From contig JAAXXI010000008.1 in NCBI GenBank assembly GCA_013334565.1, positions 1,338-65,337 of the forward strand: a stretch of DNA of 64,000 nt. Direction: 5' to 3'. Below, in pieces: positions 63,080 to 64,000 of this stretch. The notes below the pieces were generated by a model. It did not search any database and was not told the origin of the DNA. It saw only the letters and a list, made by a program, of their open reading frames with translations. The stretch's first letter is position 1. Every line of letters begins with the position of its first letter. This stretch comes from Chlorobiaceae bacterium (GTDB lineage Bacteria > Bacteroidota > Chlorobiia > Chlorobiales > Chlorobiaceae). A program made the position numbers and the translations under genes.

Positions 63080-64000
63080 ATGAACATTTTGACTTACTCC
63101 TCCCAACCCTGGGAGGTTCCCGATACGCAGCTTCAACTTGGCCAACACCAACTCGTCCGATTGGTAGGCGATCTTGGCATGATGGTACGCCAGATTACCT
63201 CTAAAAATCCCGACCTCGTATTTCTCGTAGGTTTTGAACCATCAGAGCCCAAGTATATTCAGGAACTGGAAAAACTCTGTCTCGCCCTTCCGAAAACCGC
63301 CATCGTGGTCCTGCACCCATACGCGCAACACGACCATTTGTTATCGCTCATGCGTGCAGGAGTGCGTGAAGTCATCATTGACAGCGAACCTGATACACTG
63401 AAGCAAGTCATCGAACGTGTCCGACTTCGTGCCAAAGGTCCTGTTGTCAGCCTGGGACAAGTATTTGGATTTGTCTCTTCCAAAGGTGGGGACGGCAGTT
63501 CCTGCATAGCGGCAAACCTTGCCTATGCGCTCTCGAAAGAGCATGAAACCCGCGTACTTGCAGTCGATCTCTCCCTGCCCTTCGGCGACCTTGACCTGTA
63601 CCTGACCAGAGAGACTAACCCTCAGGACCTTGCAGACATCTCCAGTCAGTCCAACCGGCTCGACAAGTCGCTGCTCGACAGTATGGTACAGCATCTCAGC
63701 CCAACCTTCGACCTCATACCTTCGCCATCGACATTTGAAAAAATTGTTCAGATCGAACCCGACCGGGTAAGCGAACTCATTACCATTGCCACAAACTTTT
63801 ATGATTTCGTAGTGGTTGACTTCGGTTCATCTCTCGATCAGGTTGGAATATGGGTTATCGAGCAGCTCGATGAACTCTGCATCGTATTTACCCCGACGCT
63901 GCCATCGCTTCGCCGGACAGGTCAACTGCTCCAACTCTCCAAAGAATTTGAAAAACCATTGTCACACATTGAAATAATCCTCAACCGTGCTGACACAAGT
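63080..64000 (+). CDS. cpaE: CpaE/TadZ pilus assembly ATPase-like protein (truncated by window end)
   Basis: My translation from ATG 63080 (absent from the ORF track because there is no stop): receiver-like domain with MRAGVREVI, then SSKGGDGSSCIAANLA and VDLSLPFGDL. Confidence 0.88.
   Translation, partial: MNILTYSSQPWEVPDTQLQLGQHQLVRLVGDLGMMVRQITSKNPDLVFLVGFEPSEPKYIQELEKLCLALPKTAIVVLHPYAQHDHLLSLMRAGVREVIIDSEPDTLKQVIERVRLRAKGPVVSLGQVFGFVSSKGGDGSSCIAANLAYALSKEHETRVLAVDLSLPFGDLDLYLTRETNPQDLADISSQSNRLDKSLLDSMVQHLSPTFDLIPSPSTFEKIVQIEPDRVSELITIATNFYDFVVVDFGSSLDQVGIWVIEQLDELCIVFTPTLPSLRRTGQLLQLSKEFEKPLSHIEIILNRADTS

Larger units (their letters stand above)
48900..64000. other. AT-rich accessory island (glycosylation genes plus Tad pilus); extends beyond the window
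   Basis: Visible drop in GC and change in codon style after about 48.9 kb; non-core gene content; no integrase or att repeat seen; left edge approximate. Confidence 0.65.

Overview
The window comes from a green sulfur bacterium (Chlorobiaceae). This is inferred from two CsmB-like chlorosome envelope genes and the gene content. Bases 1 to about 48.9 kb are GC-rich core genome: pstS, trxB/trxA, dnaE, class I and class II fumarases, htpG, a NeuB-like synthase with a KDN-type phosphatase, ppa, prfC, a GH13 enzyme, maf, miaA, two tandem cfa genes, namZ, tRNA-fMet, metG, a probable cruD, coaD, rsmD and purC. From about 49 kb to the end lies a visibly more AT-rich accessory island. It carries a GtrB-like polyprenyl-phosphate glycosyltransferase coupled to a methyltransferase, a structured inverted-repeat element of about 175 bp, five tandem paralogous GT87/DUF2029 (GT-C) membrane glycosyltransferases and a Tad/Flp pilus operon (flp, cpaB, cpaC, tadE, tadG, cpaE truncated by the window end). 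The TadG has a beta-solenoid-like tip with ten N-G-S repeats. The best candidate for an undescribed system is this island, hypothesised to be a lipid-carrier-dependent pilus or surface glyco-decoration system. All calls come from reading motifs by eye; no database searches were run.
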